Assembly (NCBI GenBank): GCA_963705305.1
Contig: OY970067.1
Span: forward strand, 135,549-199,548
Reading direction: 5' to 3'
Origin: an uncultured Methylomirabilota bacterium
GTDB taxonomy: Bacteria; Methylomirabilota; Methylomirabilia; Methylomirabilales; 2-02-FULL-66-22
DNA length: 64,000 bases
The first letter of the stretch is position 1. Every line of letters starts with the position of its first letter. A program made the position numbers and the translations under genes. A model generated the notes under the pieces. The model was not told where the DNA came from. It ran no database searches and was given only the letters and a program-made list of their open reading frames with translations. This document shows, in pieces, positions 37,638 to 46,857 of the stretch.

Positions 37638-37731
37638 CCTCCGGCGGGAAGCCGCTCCCAGCCGGGACCTCCCGCCTCGCCCTCTCCCGCCGCCTCCCCG
37701 GCCGGCGCACAGACACGGAAACGGGAGGGCC

Positions 37732-38739
37732 TCAGCGAACGGCCGGCCGGGAGGCGCGCAGCAGCGCCCGGGCCTCCCTGCCGGTCTTCAGCAGGAAGAT
37801 CGGGCCGCCCACGATCAGGTACCAGTAGAAGGTGAATGAACGCCAGATGATGAGGGTAAAGGCGGCGTTCGCATGGGGCAGGTAGGCTGCCATCAACCCC
37901 AGGTAGCCCGCATCCACCCCGCCGCCGCCGGCGGGAATGACGAGCATCTGGCCTCCCAGGTTCAGCAGCCCCTGTATAAGGAAGAGATAGGCAACAGGGA
38001 CGTGTCGGGCCACCAGGGAGACCGCAACAACCAGGACAAGGTAGCGGGGCAGCCAATACCCGACGGAGAAGAGATACAGGGCTGCTCGCCTCGGCCAGGG
38101 CAGGGAACGGAATGCTCGCAGGGCGTGCAGGAGGTCTACCGCCCCCCGGGCCAGGCGGTAGCGGCGCCTCGCCAGCCAGGCGAAGCGCGCCATGAGTCTG
38201 CTGAGCCCATGAAGCATGGGGCGGAAGTACCGAACCAGCAGCCAGATCAGCACCGCGGCCCCCCCTACCAGGAGGAGCGCCACGCCGATCACCAGCTGGG
38301 TGCCGAACGGGTTGCGCACCACCAGCATGACCAGCGCAGCCAGGAACATGGCGGTGCAGAAGTAGAGGACATCGAGCAGGATGATGATCATGACCAGGCC
38401 CACGGCCTTGCCCAGCCGGACCCCCGTCCGGCTGAACAGAAAGATGTAGGTGGCGGGCATGCCCGAGGCGGCGGGTGTGGCGGCGGCGGCAAACTCGGCG
38501 GCGATGGTGATGAGCGCTCCTTCCACGATCCCCACCGGCCTGCGCATCTCCCCCAGCAGCAGCTGCACCCGGGCGGCGTTGAATCCCCAGCCCACCAGGC
38601 TGAGCGCCAGCAGCAGCAGCACCGCCGGCCAGCTCAGGTGGAGGACCTGGCGGAAGACCTCGCCGCCCCCGAAGATGGCGGGAACGACCAGGGTGAGACA
38701 GATGCTGATGAACAAGAGCAGCAGGTAGCGTCTGCGCAT
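37732..38739 (-). CDS. Flippase-like / lysyl-phosphatidylglycerol-synthase TM-region (UPF0104) membrane protein
   Basis: 8 TM-like segments and the PAGGGGVDAGYLG motif. Confidence 0.75.
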   Translation of the reverse strand: MRRRYLLLLFISICLTLVVPAIFGGGEVFRQVLHLSWPAVLLLLALSLVGWGFNAARVQLLLGEMRRPVGIVEGALITIAAEFAAAATPAASGMPATYIFLFSRTGVRLGKAVGLVMIIILLDVLYFCTAMFLAALVMLVVRNPFGTQLVIGVALLLVGGAAVLIWLLVRYFRPMLHGLSRLMARFAWLARRRYRLARGAVDLLHALRAFRSLPWPRRAALYLFSVGYWLPRYLVLVVAVSLVARHVPVAYLFLIQGLLNLGGQMLVIPAGGGGVDAGYLGLMAAYLPHANAAFTLIIWRSFTFYWYLIVGGPIFLLKTGREARALLRASRPAVR

Positions 38740-39053
38740 GAGATTGCATCGCCTCGGCCGGGGGCGCCGGACGGGAGACGGGGAGAATCCCGGCGTCCAC
38801 ACCGGGCGGGCCGGATACGCCAGGTGGCAGCGGGATGCAAGCCGGCCGTCCGGCCGAACCGCGACCGTGGGTCGATCCCGCGCCCGGCCCCGCCTCGGGC
38901 GGCCGGTTGATTCTACCCCATTCTCCTGCGGGAGGGGCGAAACAATTCGACCGGCCCGGCCGGGCCGGCCGGCCGCGGTCCGAATGATTCTCGTTGCGCG
39001 CGGGACAGGAAGGCGATATAGGAGATGTCTCGCCGCGCGAGTCGGGAGAGACC

Positions 39054-39899
39054 ATGGCCGAACGACGCAGCCTCAAAGAGCTGGCCGAGGACCCACGATT
39101 CATCCCGGGCGTGTACAACTATTGCGACCGCTGGTGCGAGCGCTGCCCGCTGACCTCTCGCTGCCTCGTCTACGCCACGGAGCGGGAGGACGGTGCGGCG
39201 GAGGCCTCCGCCTCGGGGGATATCCGCAACCAGGCCTTCTGGACCCGATTGGAGAAGACGCTTCGCGAGGCCCAGGAGATGCTCCAGGAGCTGCTGGAAG
39301 AGCACGGCATCGAAGTCGACCCGGCCGATGCGGTCGAGGCCTGGGCCCGGGCGCGCCGGCGTCACGACGAGGCCCGGAGTCATCCGTCCGTGGCGGCGGC
39401 GGAGGCGTACCGGAAGGCGGCCGACCGGTGGTTCGAGCAGGCGGAAGCCTGCCTGGCGGCCCACGGGGAGGCGCTGAAGCATCAGGAGCGGATGGAGCTG
39501 TCTGGCGCGGATCCCGGGGGGGTCGCGCGGCGCTTGCGGGAAGCGGTCGAGGTCATTCGTTGGTACCAGCCTCAGATCGTCATCAAGCTGATGCGGGCGG
39601 CCGCTTCCGCACGCCAGGAAGCCGGGCAGGAAGAGCCGCTCGACAGGAGTGATGCCGACGGATCCGCCAAGGTGGCCCTCATCGGCACCGACCGCTCCCT
39701 GGCCGCCTGGGCCGAATTGCTCCGCCAGCTGCCCGAGGAAGAAGACCGCATTCTGCCGCTGCTGGTCGCCCTCGACCGGATGCGGCGCGAGGTGGAGGCG
39801 TGCTTCCCCAAGGCCTGGGCCTTCATCCGGCCCGGCTTCGACGTGGAGGTCTGGGCGGGCGAACCCGAGCCGGAGAGCGGGGCGCGGCCCTCCGCCTGA
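39054..39899 (+). CDS. Hypothetical protein with an N-terminal C-X3-C-X2-C-X5-C motif and a helical Glu/Ala/Arg-rich body
   Basis: ATG follows GGGAGAG. Contains YNYCDRWCERCPLTSRCLVY. I do not recognise the family. Confidence 0.6.
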   Translation: MAERRSLKELAEDPRFIPGVYNYCDRWCERCPLTSRCLVYATEREDGAAEASASGDIRNQAFWTRLEKTLREAQEMLQELLEEHGIEVDPADAVEAWARARRRHDEARSHPSVAAAEAYRKAADRWFEQAEACLAAHGEALKHQERMELSGADPGGVARRLREAVEVIRWYQPQIVIKLMRAAASARQEAGQEEPLDRSDADGSAKVALIGTDRSLAAWAELLRQLPEEEDRILPLLVALDRMRREVEACFPKAWAFIRPGFDVEVWAGEPEPESGARPSA

Positions 39900-40015
39900 G
39901 CCCGGGACCGCGGGGCCCGCTTGCGGGGGAGGCCACCCAGTGGCGACCGCTGCATCCCCGAACTGCTCATGCATCGCACATCCCGTATGTTCCCTCTGAG
40001 AGAGGAGTGACCCAC

Positions 40016-41020
40016 ATGCCAATTCGTGTCATGCATTTCGGACTGGGGCCTATCGGCGCCGCGGTGCTTCACCAGGTCGCGACGCGGAAGGGATTCAAGG
40101 TCGTCGGCGGCGTCGACATCGACCCGCGCAAGCTGGGAGTGGACCTGGGCGAGATCGCGCGGCTGGATCGCCGGCTCGGCGTCAAGGTCACCGGCGATCC
40201 GGTGGCGGCGATCAAGACCGCCAAGCCCGACGTCGTGATGCTGTGCACCTTGAGCTCGCTCAAGGACGTCATGCCGCAGATCGAGACGATGCTGAGGCTC
40301 CGCGTCCCCATCGTCTCGACCACCGAAGAGCTGTCCTACCCGTTCTACTCCAACCGGAGGCTGGCGCGGAAGATCGACGAGCTGGCCAAGAAGGCCAAGG
40401 TGGCGGTGGTCGGCACCGGCGTCAACCCGGGATTCGTCATGGATGCCCTGCCCATCATGCTGACTGCGGTCTGCGGGCGGGTGGACTCCATCCGCGTCGA
40501 CCGGGTCCAGGATGCCGGCCGACGGCGGCTCCCTTTCCAGAAGAAGATCGGCTCCGGCCTCACCGTCGACCAGTTTCAGGACAAGGTGCGCGCCGGAACG
40601 GTCCGGCACGTGGGGCTCACGGAGTCCGTCGCGATGATCGCCGGCGCGCTGGGGTGGAAGATCGGGAAGATCACCGACACCATCCTGCCCAAGATCGCCG
40701 ACCGGCAGGTCTCCAGCCAGTTCCTGACCGTGGAGCCCGGCTTGGTCTGCGGCATTATTCAGACCGGCGTCGGCTACGGGCGGGACGGCCAGCCCCTGAT
40801 CACCCTGCACATGGAGGCGTACCTGGGGGCCCCGGAATCCTACGACGAGGTGACGATCACGGGGGAGCCGAATCTGTCCTCGCGGGTCGAGGGAGGGTTT
40901 CACGGCGACGTCGCCACGGCCTCCATCGTCGTCAACACCATCCCCAAGATCCTGACCGCCCCGCCGGGCCTGCGGACGATGCGCGACATGGTCCTGCCGT
41001 CCTGCTTCGGCGGCAGGTAG
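40016..41020 (+). CDS. DapB-N-like NAD(P)-dependent dehydrogenase (2,4-diaminopentanoate dehydrogenase / native amine dehydrogenase-like)
   Basis: ATG follows GAGAGGAG. Rossmann motif IRVMHFGLGPIGAAV, plus VVGTGVNPGFVMD. Confidence 0.65.
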   Translation: MPIRVMHFGLGPIGAAVLHQVATRKGFKVVGGVDIDPRKLGVDLGEIARLDRRLGVKVTGDPVAAIKTAKPDVVMLCTLSSLKDVMPQIETMLRLRVPIVSTTEELSYPFYSNRRLARKIDELAKKAKVAVVGTGVNPGFVMDALPIMLTAVCGRVDSIRVDRVQDAGRRRLPFQKKIGSGLTVDQFQDKVRAGTVRHVGLTESVAMIAGALGWKIGKITDTILPKIADRQVSSQFLTVEPGLVCGIIQTGVGYGRDGQPLITLHMEAYLGAPESYDEVTITGEPNLSSRVEGGFHGDVATASIVVNTIPKILTAPPGLRTMRDMVLPSCFGGR

Positions 41021-41102
41021 ACCGCCGGGCCGGCGGAGGGCAGCGGGGCGCGTCCGAACAGGCGCAGGGGTCGGATGGAAGGATTGCCGGACGGGCGCTT
41101 CT

Positions 41103-41816
41103 TCAGCCGCCCAGGTAGGCTTTCTTGACGCCGGGATCGGCCAGCAGATCCTGGGAGCTGCCCTGGAGGACGAGGTTGCCGCTTTCCAGCACGTAGCCCC
41201 GCTGCGCGAACTGGAGGGCCATGCGGGCATTCTGCTCCACCAGCAGGATGGTGGTCCCCTCCTTGTTGATCTCGCGCAGCGCCTGAAACATGGTCATCAT
41301 CAGGACGGGCGCCAGCCCCATGGACGGTTCGTCCAGGAGCATCAGCTTCCGGCCGCTCATCAACGCCCGCCCGACCGCCAGCATCTGCTGCTCTCCGCCG
41401 CTCAGCGTCTCGGCCTTCTGCAGCTGGCGCTCGGCCAGGCGCGGGAACAGCGAGAACACCCGCGCCAGATCCTGCTCGATTCGCGGGCTGTCCTTGCGGG
41501 CGAAGGTGGCCAGCTTCAGATTCTCCATGACCGTGAGGTTGCCGAACAGACGCCTCCCTTCCGGAACGTGGGAGATCCCCAGCGCGCTGACCACCCGGTC
41601 CGGCCGGTACTTGAGCAGGTCCTTTTCCTGGTAGGTGATGCGGCTTCCCGGCTGCACGGGGATCAGCCGCGAGATGGCCCGCAGCGTGGTGCTCTTCCCG
41701 GCGCCGTTCGCCCCGATGATGCAGACGATCTCCCCCTCGGCCACCTGGAAGCTCAAGCCGTGGAGGGCCTTGATCGCGCCGTAGGACACGCGGAGGTTTT
41801 CCACCGAGAGCAGCAT
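41103..41816 (-). CDS. HAAT-family ABC ATPase, LivF-type (operon 2)
   Basis: GANGAGKSTT, LSGGEQQMLAVGRALM, LMLLDEPS. ATGA overlap with LivG. Confidence 0.9.
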   Translation of the reverse strand: MLLSVENLRVSYGAIKALHGLSFQVAEGEIVCIIGANGAGKSTTLRAISRLIPVQPGSRITYQEKDLLKYRPDRVVSALGISHVPEGRRLFGNLTVMENLKLATFARKDSPRIEQDLARVFSLFPRLAERQLQKAETLSGGEQQMLAVGRALMSGRKLMLLDEPSMGLAPVLMMTMFQALREINKEGTTILLVEQNARMALQFAQRGYVLESGNLVLQGSSQDLLADPGVKKAYLGG

Positions 41817-42586
41817 CAGATCTCCACCTCCTTGCCCAGGTAGGCGTCGATCACCGTGGGGTTGTTCCGGATCTCCTCCGGGGTCCCCTCCGCAATCACC
41901 TCGCCGAAGCTCAGGGTCTGGATCCTCTCGCACAGATCCATGACGAACTTCATCCGGTGCTCGATGAGGAAGATCGCCAGGCCGAACTGATCCCGGACCT
42001 GCCGGATGACCCGCACCATCTCGCTCAATTCCTCCGGATTCATCCCTGCCGTCGGCTCGTCCAGGAGCAGCACCTTGGGCCGGATGGCCAGCGCCCTGGC
42101 CATCTCGACCTTGCGCTGCACGCCGTACGGCAGATTCGTCACCACCTCGTCGGCCAGGCGGGCAATCCCCATGGTGGCCAGCAGCTCGCGCGCGACCGCA
42201 TTGGTCTCCGCCTCCTCCTGGGCGAACCGCGGCGTGGCGAAGAAGGCCCCCATGAGCCCGTAGGTCAGCTGAGAATAGCGGGCCAGCTTCACGTGCTCGA
42301 GGGCGGTCATGTGCCTCCAGAGGCGGAGATTCTGGAAGGTCCTGCCCAGGCCCCGGGCGGCGATCTGGTAGGGCTGGAGGCCGATCAGGCTCTCGCCCTC
42401 GAGTGTCACGCTCCCCGCCGAGGGGGCAATGATGCCCGTGATCAGATTGAAGACCGTGGTCTTGCCGGCCCCGTTGGGCCCGATCAGGCCCCGGATCTGG
42501 CCGGGCTCGATCTCCATGTTGAAGTCCCGGACGGCGCGCAGGCCGCCGAACTGGACGGCGAGGTTCCGGACCTGAAGCAGCGCCAT
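41816..42586 (-). CDS. HAAT-family ABC ATPase, LivG-type (operon 2)
   Basis: GPNGAGKTTVFN, LPYGVQRKVEMARALA, LLLLDEPTAGMNP. Confidence 0.9.
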   Translation of the reverse strand: MALLQVRNLAVQFGGLRAVRDFNMEIEPGQIRGLIGPNGAGKTTVFNLITGIIAPSAGSVTLEGESLIGLQPYQIAARGLGRTFQNLRLWRHMTALEHVKLARYSQLTYGLMGAFFATPRFAQEEAETNAVARELLATMGIARLADEVVTNLPYGVQRKVEMARALAIRPKVLLLDEPTAGMNPEELSEMVRVIRQVRDQFGLAIFLIEHRMKFVMDLCERIQTLSFGEVIAEGTPEEIRNNPTVIDAYLGKEVEI

Positions 42587-42587
42587 G

Positions 42588-43940
42588 CTACACCTCTCCG
42601 GCAGGTGTCAGTTTGGGCTTGATCATCTCCTCGACCCTGAACTCGCGGAAGGCCACCAGCCCGGTCGGCCGGAAGATCATCACCAGGATCAGCAGCGCCG
42701 GAATGACGATCCAGCGGAGGATCTCCAGCGGGCGCAGGGCCTCGATGAGGAAGTTGAGCCCGACGGCGCCCACGATGGAGCCGACCACGGAGTTCAGCCC
42801 GCCCAGGTACACCATGGCCAGGACTTCGCTCAATTTCAGAATGCCGAAGGAGCCCGGATTCACGTACCGGATGACGTGCGCCAAGAGGCCCCCGGCCACG
42901 CCGGCCCAGAAGGCCGAGAACAGGAACGCCACCATCTTGGTGTGGCGGGTGTTGACGGTCATGGCGTCGGCGGCCGTCTCGTCGTCCCGCACGCCGTTCA
43001 GCGCCTTGCCGAGGGTGGAGCGGACATAGTTGTTGATGACCAGGATGCCCAGGGCGGTCACGGCAAAGATCACGGGCAGGCTGGCGAAATCCGGCTGCCC
43101 CATGAACCCGCGCGCCCCGCCCACGATCTCCAGATTCTCGATCAGGCTCTTCACGATGAAGGTGAAGGCCAGGGAGATGATGGCCAGGTAGTCCCCCCGC
43201 GTCTTGAAGGACGGGATGGCGACGAACAGCGCTCCGAATGCCGCCACCAATCCCCCGGCGATGAGAGAGAAGGGGAAAATAATCGGCGCCAGGGCGGCGG
43301 GCAGCAGCGGTGCGCCCAGGATCTTGTTCTGGACGAAGCACACCACGGTGATGACCGAGGCGCCGTAGGCGCCCAGGGCCATGAAGCCCGGGTGGGAGCA
43401 GGAGAACTCCCCCATGTAGCCGTTGACCACGTTCAGGCTCAGGGTCACGATGATGGCGATCAGGGTCAGCTTGAGGACCAGCGCCCGGTAATCCCCGAGC
43501 CCAGCCCACACGCTCATGACGGCATAGAGCAGGAGCAGGTGGACGATCAGGGAGGCCCAGCGGGGAAATCGGAGCAATCCGGCCGCCAGCCAGTTTGCCG
43601 GCGCGGCGCTCAGCCGGGCCACCAGGCCGACCGGCAGGATATAGACCGCCGCGACATACAGCAGCGTGTGGGGAATGAGGGCCGGCCGGCTGAACACAAC
43701 GTCCAAACCGAAGAGCGCGGGCATATCGTCCATGCCGAGGGCCGACACCAGGTGGGCACCCACCAGATATTCGACCCCGGCCGCCCCCAGCGCGCCCAGC
43801 AGCCAGCCCAGCAGCGGGACCCGGACAAAGGGGGCGCGCACCCTCCCCCAAAGGGCCATACCCCGCGGACGCTCTGCAGGAAGCTCCCCGCCTTCAATTC
43901 GCATCTTTATCGGAACCTCCTTGAACAGCCTGGGCGACAC
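42588..43940 (-). CDS. HAAT-family ABC permease, LivM-type with a long N-terminal extension (operon 2)
   Basis: NVVNGYMGEFSCSHPGFMALGAYG and polytopic TM pattern. The start is uncertain (43940 or 43904). Confidence 0.85.
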   Translation of the reverse strand: MSPRLFKEVPIKMRIEGGELPAERPRGMALWGRVRAPFVRVPLLGWLLGALGAAGVEYLVGAHLVSALGMDDMPALFGLDVVFSRPALIPHTLLYVAAVYILPVGLVARLSAAPANWLAAGLLRFPRWASLIVHLLLLYAVMSVWAGLGDYRALVLKLTLIAIIVTLSLNVVNGYMGEFSCSHPGFMALGAYGASVITVVCFVQNKILGAPLLPAALAPIIFPFSLIAGGLVAAFGALFVAIPSFKTRGDYLAIISLAFTFIVKSLIENLEIVGGARGFMGQPDFASLPVIFAVTALGILVINNYVRSTLGKALNGVRDDETAADAMTVNTRHTKMVAFLFSAFWAGVAGGLLAHVIRYVNPGSFGILKLSEVLAMVYLGGLNSVVGSIVGAVGLNFLIEALRPLEILRWIVIPALLILVMIFRPTGLVAFREFRVEEMIKPKLTPAGEV

Positions 43941-43958
43941 CGGGTATGCCGCATCGTG

Positions 43959-44882
43959 CTAGAGCCTCAGGTGGGCGCTGTAGGGCTCGCCGAAGAATCC
44001 GTGGGGCCTGAAGGTCAGGATGACCAGGATGATCGAGTAGGCGACCAGGTCGCGGACGGTGGACGGCAGGATGGCCGCCACGAAGATCTCGATGAATCCC
44101 AGGAGGAACCCGGCCAGCGCCGCGCCGGGGATGGACCCGCGCCCGCCGAGGATGGCGGCGACGAAAGCCTTCCAGCCCACCAGGACGCCCATGTAGGGAT
44201 CCAGCACGGGATACGCGATGCCGTAGAGGATGCCCGCGGCGGCGGCCAGCGCCGAACCGATGGCGAAGGTCATCGCGGCAACGGAGTTGCTGGAGACCCC
44301 CATCAACGGGACCACGACGTAGTCGTAGGCCATGGCCCGCATGGCCATGCCCCACTTGGTGTGGCGCACGAACTGGTGCAGCGCCAGCATGAGCAGCGCG
44401 GACACCAGCACGATGATGATCCGGGTGTTGGTGATGCTCACCCCGGCAATCTGGTAGGTCTTGGTGGCAATCAGGGCGGGGAAATTCCGCCGGGCGGCCC
44501 CGAACAGCGCCAGATTCCCCGTCTCGAGGATGATGCCCACCATCAATCCCGTCACGGCGGCCGAGGCGCGGGGCGCATTCCGCAGGGGCCGGTACGCGAT
44601 CCGCTCGACGATCATCCCCAGGACGGAGGTGGCGATCATGGCGAACACGATCGTCAGCACCAGGATCAGCCAGCCGGGCAGCGGCAGGGCCCCTGTCGCG
44701 GCGGCGGCGACCAGGCCGATGGAGATGAAGAATCCGATGTAAGCTCCCGACATGAAGATGTCGCCATGCGCGAAGTTGAACAGCATCAGCACGCCGTAGA
44801 CCATCGAGTAGCCCAGGGCGATCAGGGCGTAGAAGCTGCCCCACTGCAGCGCATTGATGACATTCTGCAGGAAAAACGCCAT
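43959..44882 (-). CDS. HAAT-family ABC permease, LivH-type (operon 2)
   Basis: MVYGVLMLFNFAHGDIFMSGAY. Confidence 0.9.
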   Translation of the reverse strand: MAFFLQNVINALQWGSFYALIALGYSMVYGVLMLFNFAHGDIFMSGAYIGFFISIGLVAAAATGALPLPGWLILVLTIVFAMIATSVLGMIVERIAYRPLRNAPRASAAVTGLMVGIILETGNLALFGAARRNFPALIATKTYQIAGVSITNTRIIIVLVSALLMLALHQFVRHTKWGMAMRAMAYDYVVVPLMGVSSNSVAAMTFAIGSALAAAAGILYGIAYPVLDPYMGVLVGWKAFVAAILGGRGSIPGAALAGFLLGFIEIFVAAILPSTVRDLVAYSIILVILTFRPHGFFGEPYSAHLRL

Positions 44883-45015
44883 CGGGTGTGCTCCTTACAG
44901 AGGTCGGGCCCGGAGCCTCGCGGCCCCGCGCCCGACCTTTCTGGTTCCCGCGTGGGTTGCAACGCGACGGATCATCCGCTGCCCAACGGGCAACGGCGGT
45001 CCGACGGCGCGTGTC

Positions 45016-46197
45016 CTACTTTGGACACACCTGCTTGAAGAAGGTGAAGTCCCCGGTGTTGCTGATCTTGACGATGACGGCGCACTTGGACGGATCGCCG
45101 CTCCCCTCGTGGAAGGTCATGCTGCCCGTGATGCCCTTGAAGTCGCGAATTGTCGCGATGGCGTCCCGGACGCATTTCCGATCTTGCTTGATATTCCCGG
45201 TGATCTTGCCGCACTTCTGGATCCCTGTCTGAACGATTCCGAGGGCATCCCACGTCAGGGCGGCGACGTCATCCGGCACGTAGCCGTACTTCTGGTTGTA
45301 GCGATCGATGAACTCCTTGGTCTTGCCTGTGGCCCCGGCGGCCGCGTAGTGCGTGCTGAAGTACAGGCCGTCGCAGTCGCTGCCACACAGCTTCATCAGC
45401 TCGGCCGAGCCCCAGCTGTCGCTCCCCACGATGGGCTTGTTGAAGCCCAGCTGGTGCGCCTGCTTCACAATCAGGGGCACCTCGTCGTAATACTGCGGGG
45501 TGAACAGGAACTGGGCGCCCGAGTCCTTGATCTTGGTCAGCTGCGCGCTGAAATCCTTGTCCTTGGTGGTGAAACTCTCGAAGGAGACCACGGAGCCGGC
45601 CCCATGCAGGTCCTCCCAGGCCTTCTTGAAGTACTCGGCGAGGCCCTTGGGATAGTCGCTGGCGATGTCGTACAACACCGCCGCCTTCGTGAAGTGGAAC
45701 TGGTCGGTGACGAAATTGGCGATCACCGGCCCCTGGAACGGATCCAGGAAACAGGCGCGGAAGACCCAGGGGCGATTGAGCGTGGCATTGGGGTTCGTGG
45801 ACCACGGGGTGACCATGGGAGTTTCATAGTTGTTGGCGACCTCGCCGGCCGGCACGGCCTGCTTGGAGGCCTGGGGGCCGACGATCACCAGGACCTGGTC
45901 CTGGGTGATCATCTTGGTATTGGCGAGGACCGCCGACTCGGCCTTGGACTCGTTGTCCTCGATCACCAGCTCGACCTTGTACGTCTGGCTGCCCACCTTC
46001 AAGCCGCCGGCCTTTTGGACATCCTCCAGCCACATCTGGGCGGCGAACTTGGTCCCCTCTCCGACCTTGGGGATGTCCCCGGTGAGGGGGGCGTTGATCC
46101 CGATCTTGATGACCGCCGCATGGGCGGCTGTCCCGGCGGCCAGCGCGAAGCCCATGAGAAACACCGACAAGGCTACGGCCAAAAGCTTTCGACTCAT
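45016..46197 (-). CDS. Liv-type periplasmic substrate-binding protein (operon 2)
   Basis: Signal peptide MSRKLLAVALSVFLMGFALAAGTAAHA, then IKIGINAPLTGDIPKVGEG. Confidence 0.9.
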   Translation of the reverse strand: MSRKLLAVALSVFLMGFALAAGTAAHAAVIKIGINAPLTGDIPKVGEGTKFAAQMWLEDVQKAGGLKVGSQTYKVELVIEDNESKAESAVLANTKMITQDQVLVIVGPQASKQAVPAGEVANNYETPMVTPWSTNPNATLNRPWVFRACFLDPFQGPVIANFVTDQFHFTKAAVLYDIASDYPKGLAEYFKKAWEDLHGAGSVVSFESFTTKDKDFSAQLTKIKDSGAQFLFTPQYYDEVPLIVKQAHQLGFNKPIVGSDSWGSAELMKLCGSDCDGLYFSTHYAAAGATGKTKEFIDRYNQKYGYVPDDVAALTWDALGIVQTGIQKCGKITGNIKQDRKCVRDAIATIRDFKGITGSMTFHEGSGDPSKCAVIVKISNTGDFTFFKQVCPK

Positions 46198-46374
46198 TGT
46201 CCCCTCCTTCTCCGCTCAATGCGCTCTTCGTTCCAATTCGGCGCCCTCACCGAGCGCCACCTCCTGCTGCCAATCACCTCCTTCCGGACGGACTTGACCA
46301 TCAGAGGGCCCGGCCGCCCACAGCCCTCCGCCAGCATGTATGATCGCGCATGCCTCGGGGCTGGGGGCGGGAAA

Positions 46375-46390
46375 AGCAATCGGGGTGCCA
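46375..46390 (-). promoter_or_regulatory. Sigma-54 (-24/-12) promoter upstream of Liv-type operon 2
   Basis: The minus strand reads TGGCACCCCGATTGCT, an exact fit to TGGCAC-N5-TTGCW. It lies about 165 nt upstream of ATG 46197. Confidence 0.7.
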
Positions 46391-46857
46391 AACAGAGTAG
46401 TTCCCTCCCCGGACAATCCGATGACGCCCTCCGCCCTGCGTCCTCCCTCAGTTCAAGCTGCGGGCGCCGGCCGTTCCGGGTGCCCGCGGGTGTCCACACT
46501 TCTGTGAGATTCGACAATTCCGTGTGCAAAAGTGTCCCCTCGGAGCAGGATGCCGAAGGCGGGCCGGCGACGAGAGCGCAGCCGTCTCTCCACCAGGACG
46601 GCAACAACCCTCACGGCGACCGCGTATCCGGCAGGCTTCCGGAGTGCCCCGAACGCATCCCATCACGCCATGCGGGGCCCGGAAACAGCGCAGCCCTTGG
46701 GGAGGCAACCGCCCCCAAAGGCCGCGCAGGTGTGGCCATCCGCAGGTTTTTCGCAGCCGGCATCCCAGCCCCCTCTTCTCCCGATTTGGGGACCATTGCA
46801 GACCGGCAGGACGCTACCTCTTCGGGGTGGCAGAAGTCAAGGGGAAAGGCGGAGCAC

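Noticed and set aside
38825-38840. Sigma-54-like TGGCAGCGGGATGCAA upstream of the Cys-motif protein gene.
   Set aside because: The GG-to-GC spacing is one nucleotide too short. -24/-12 promoters are intolerant of spacing changes.
39090-39125. C-X3-C-X2-C in the 39054 protein as a radical-SAM signature.
   Set aside because: The rest of the protein is a helical Glu/Ala/Arg-rich sequence without the GGE, ribose or other TIM-barrel radical-SAM motifs. A fourth Cys gives a C-X2-C-X5-C pattern more like Fe-S cluster loops.
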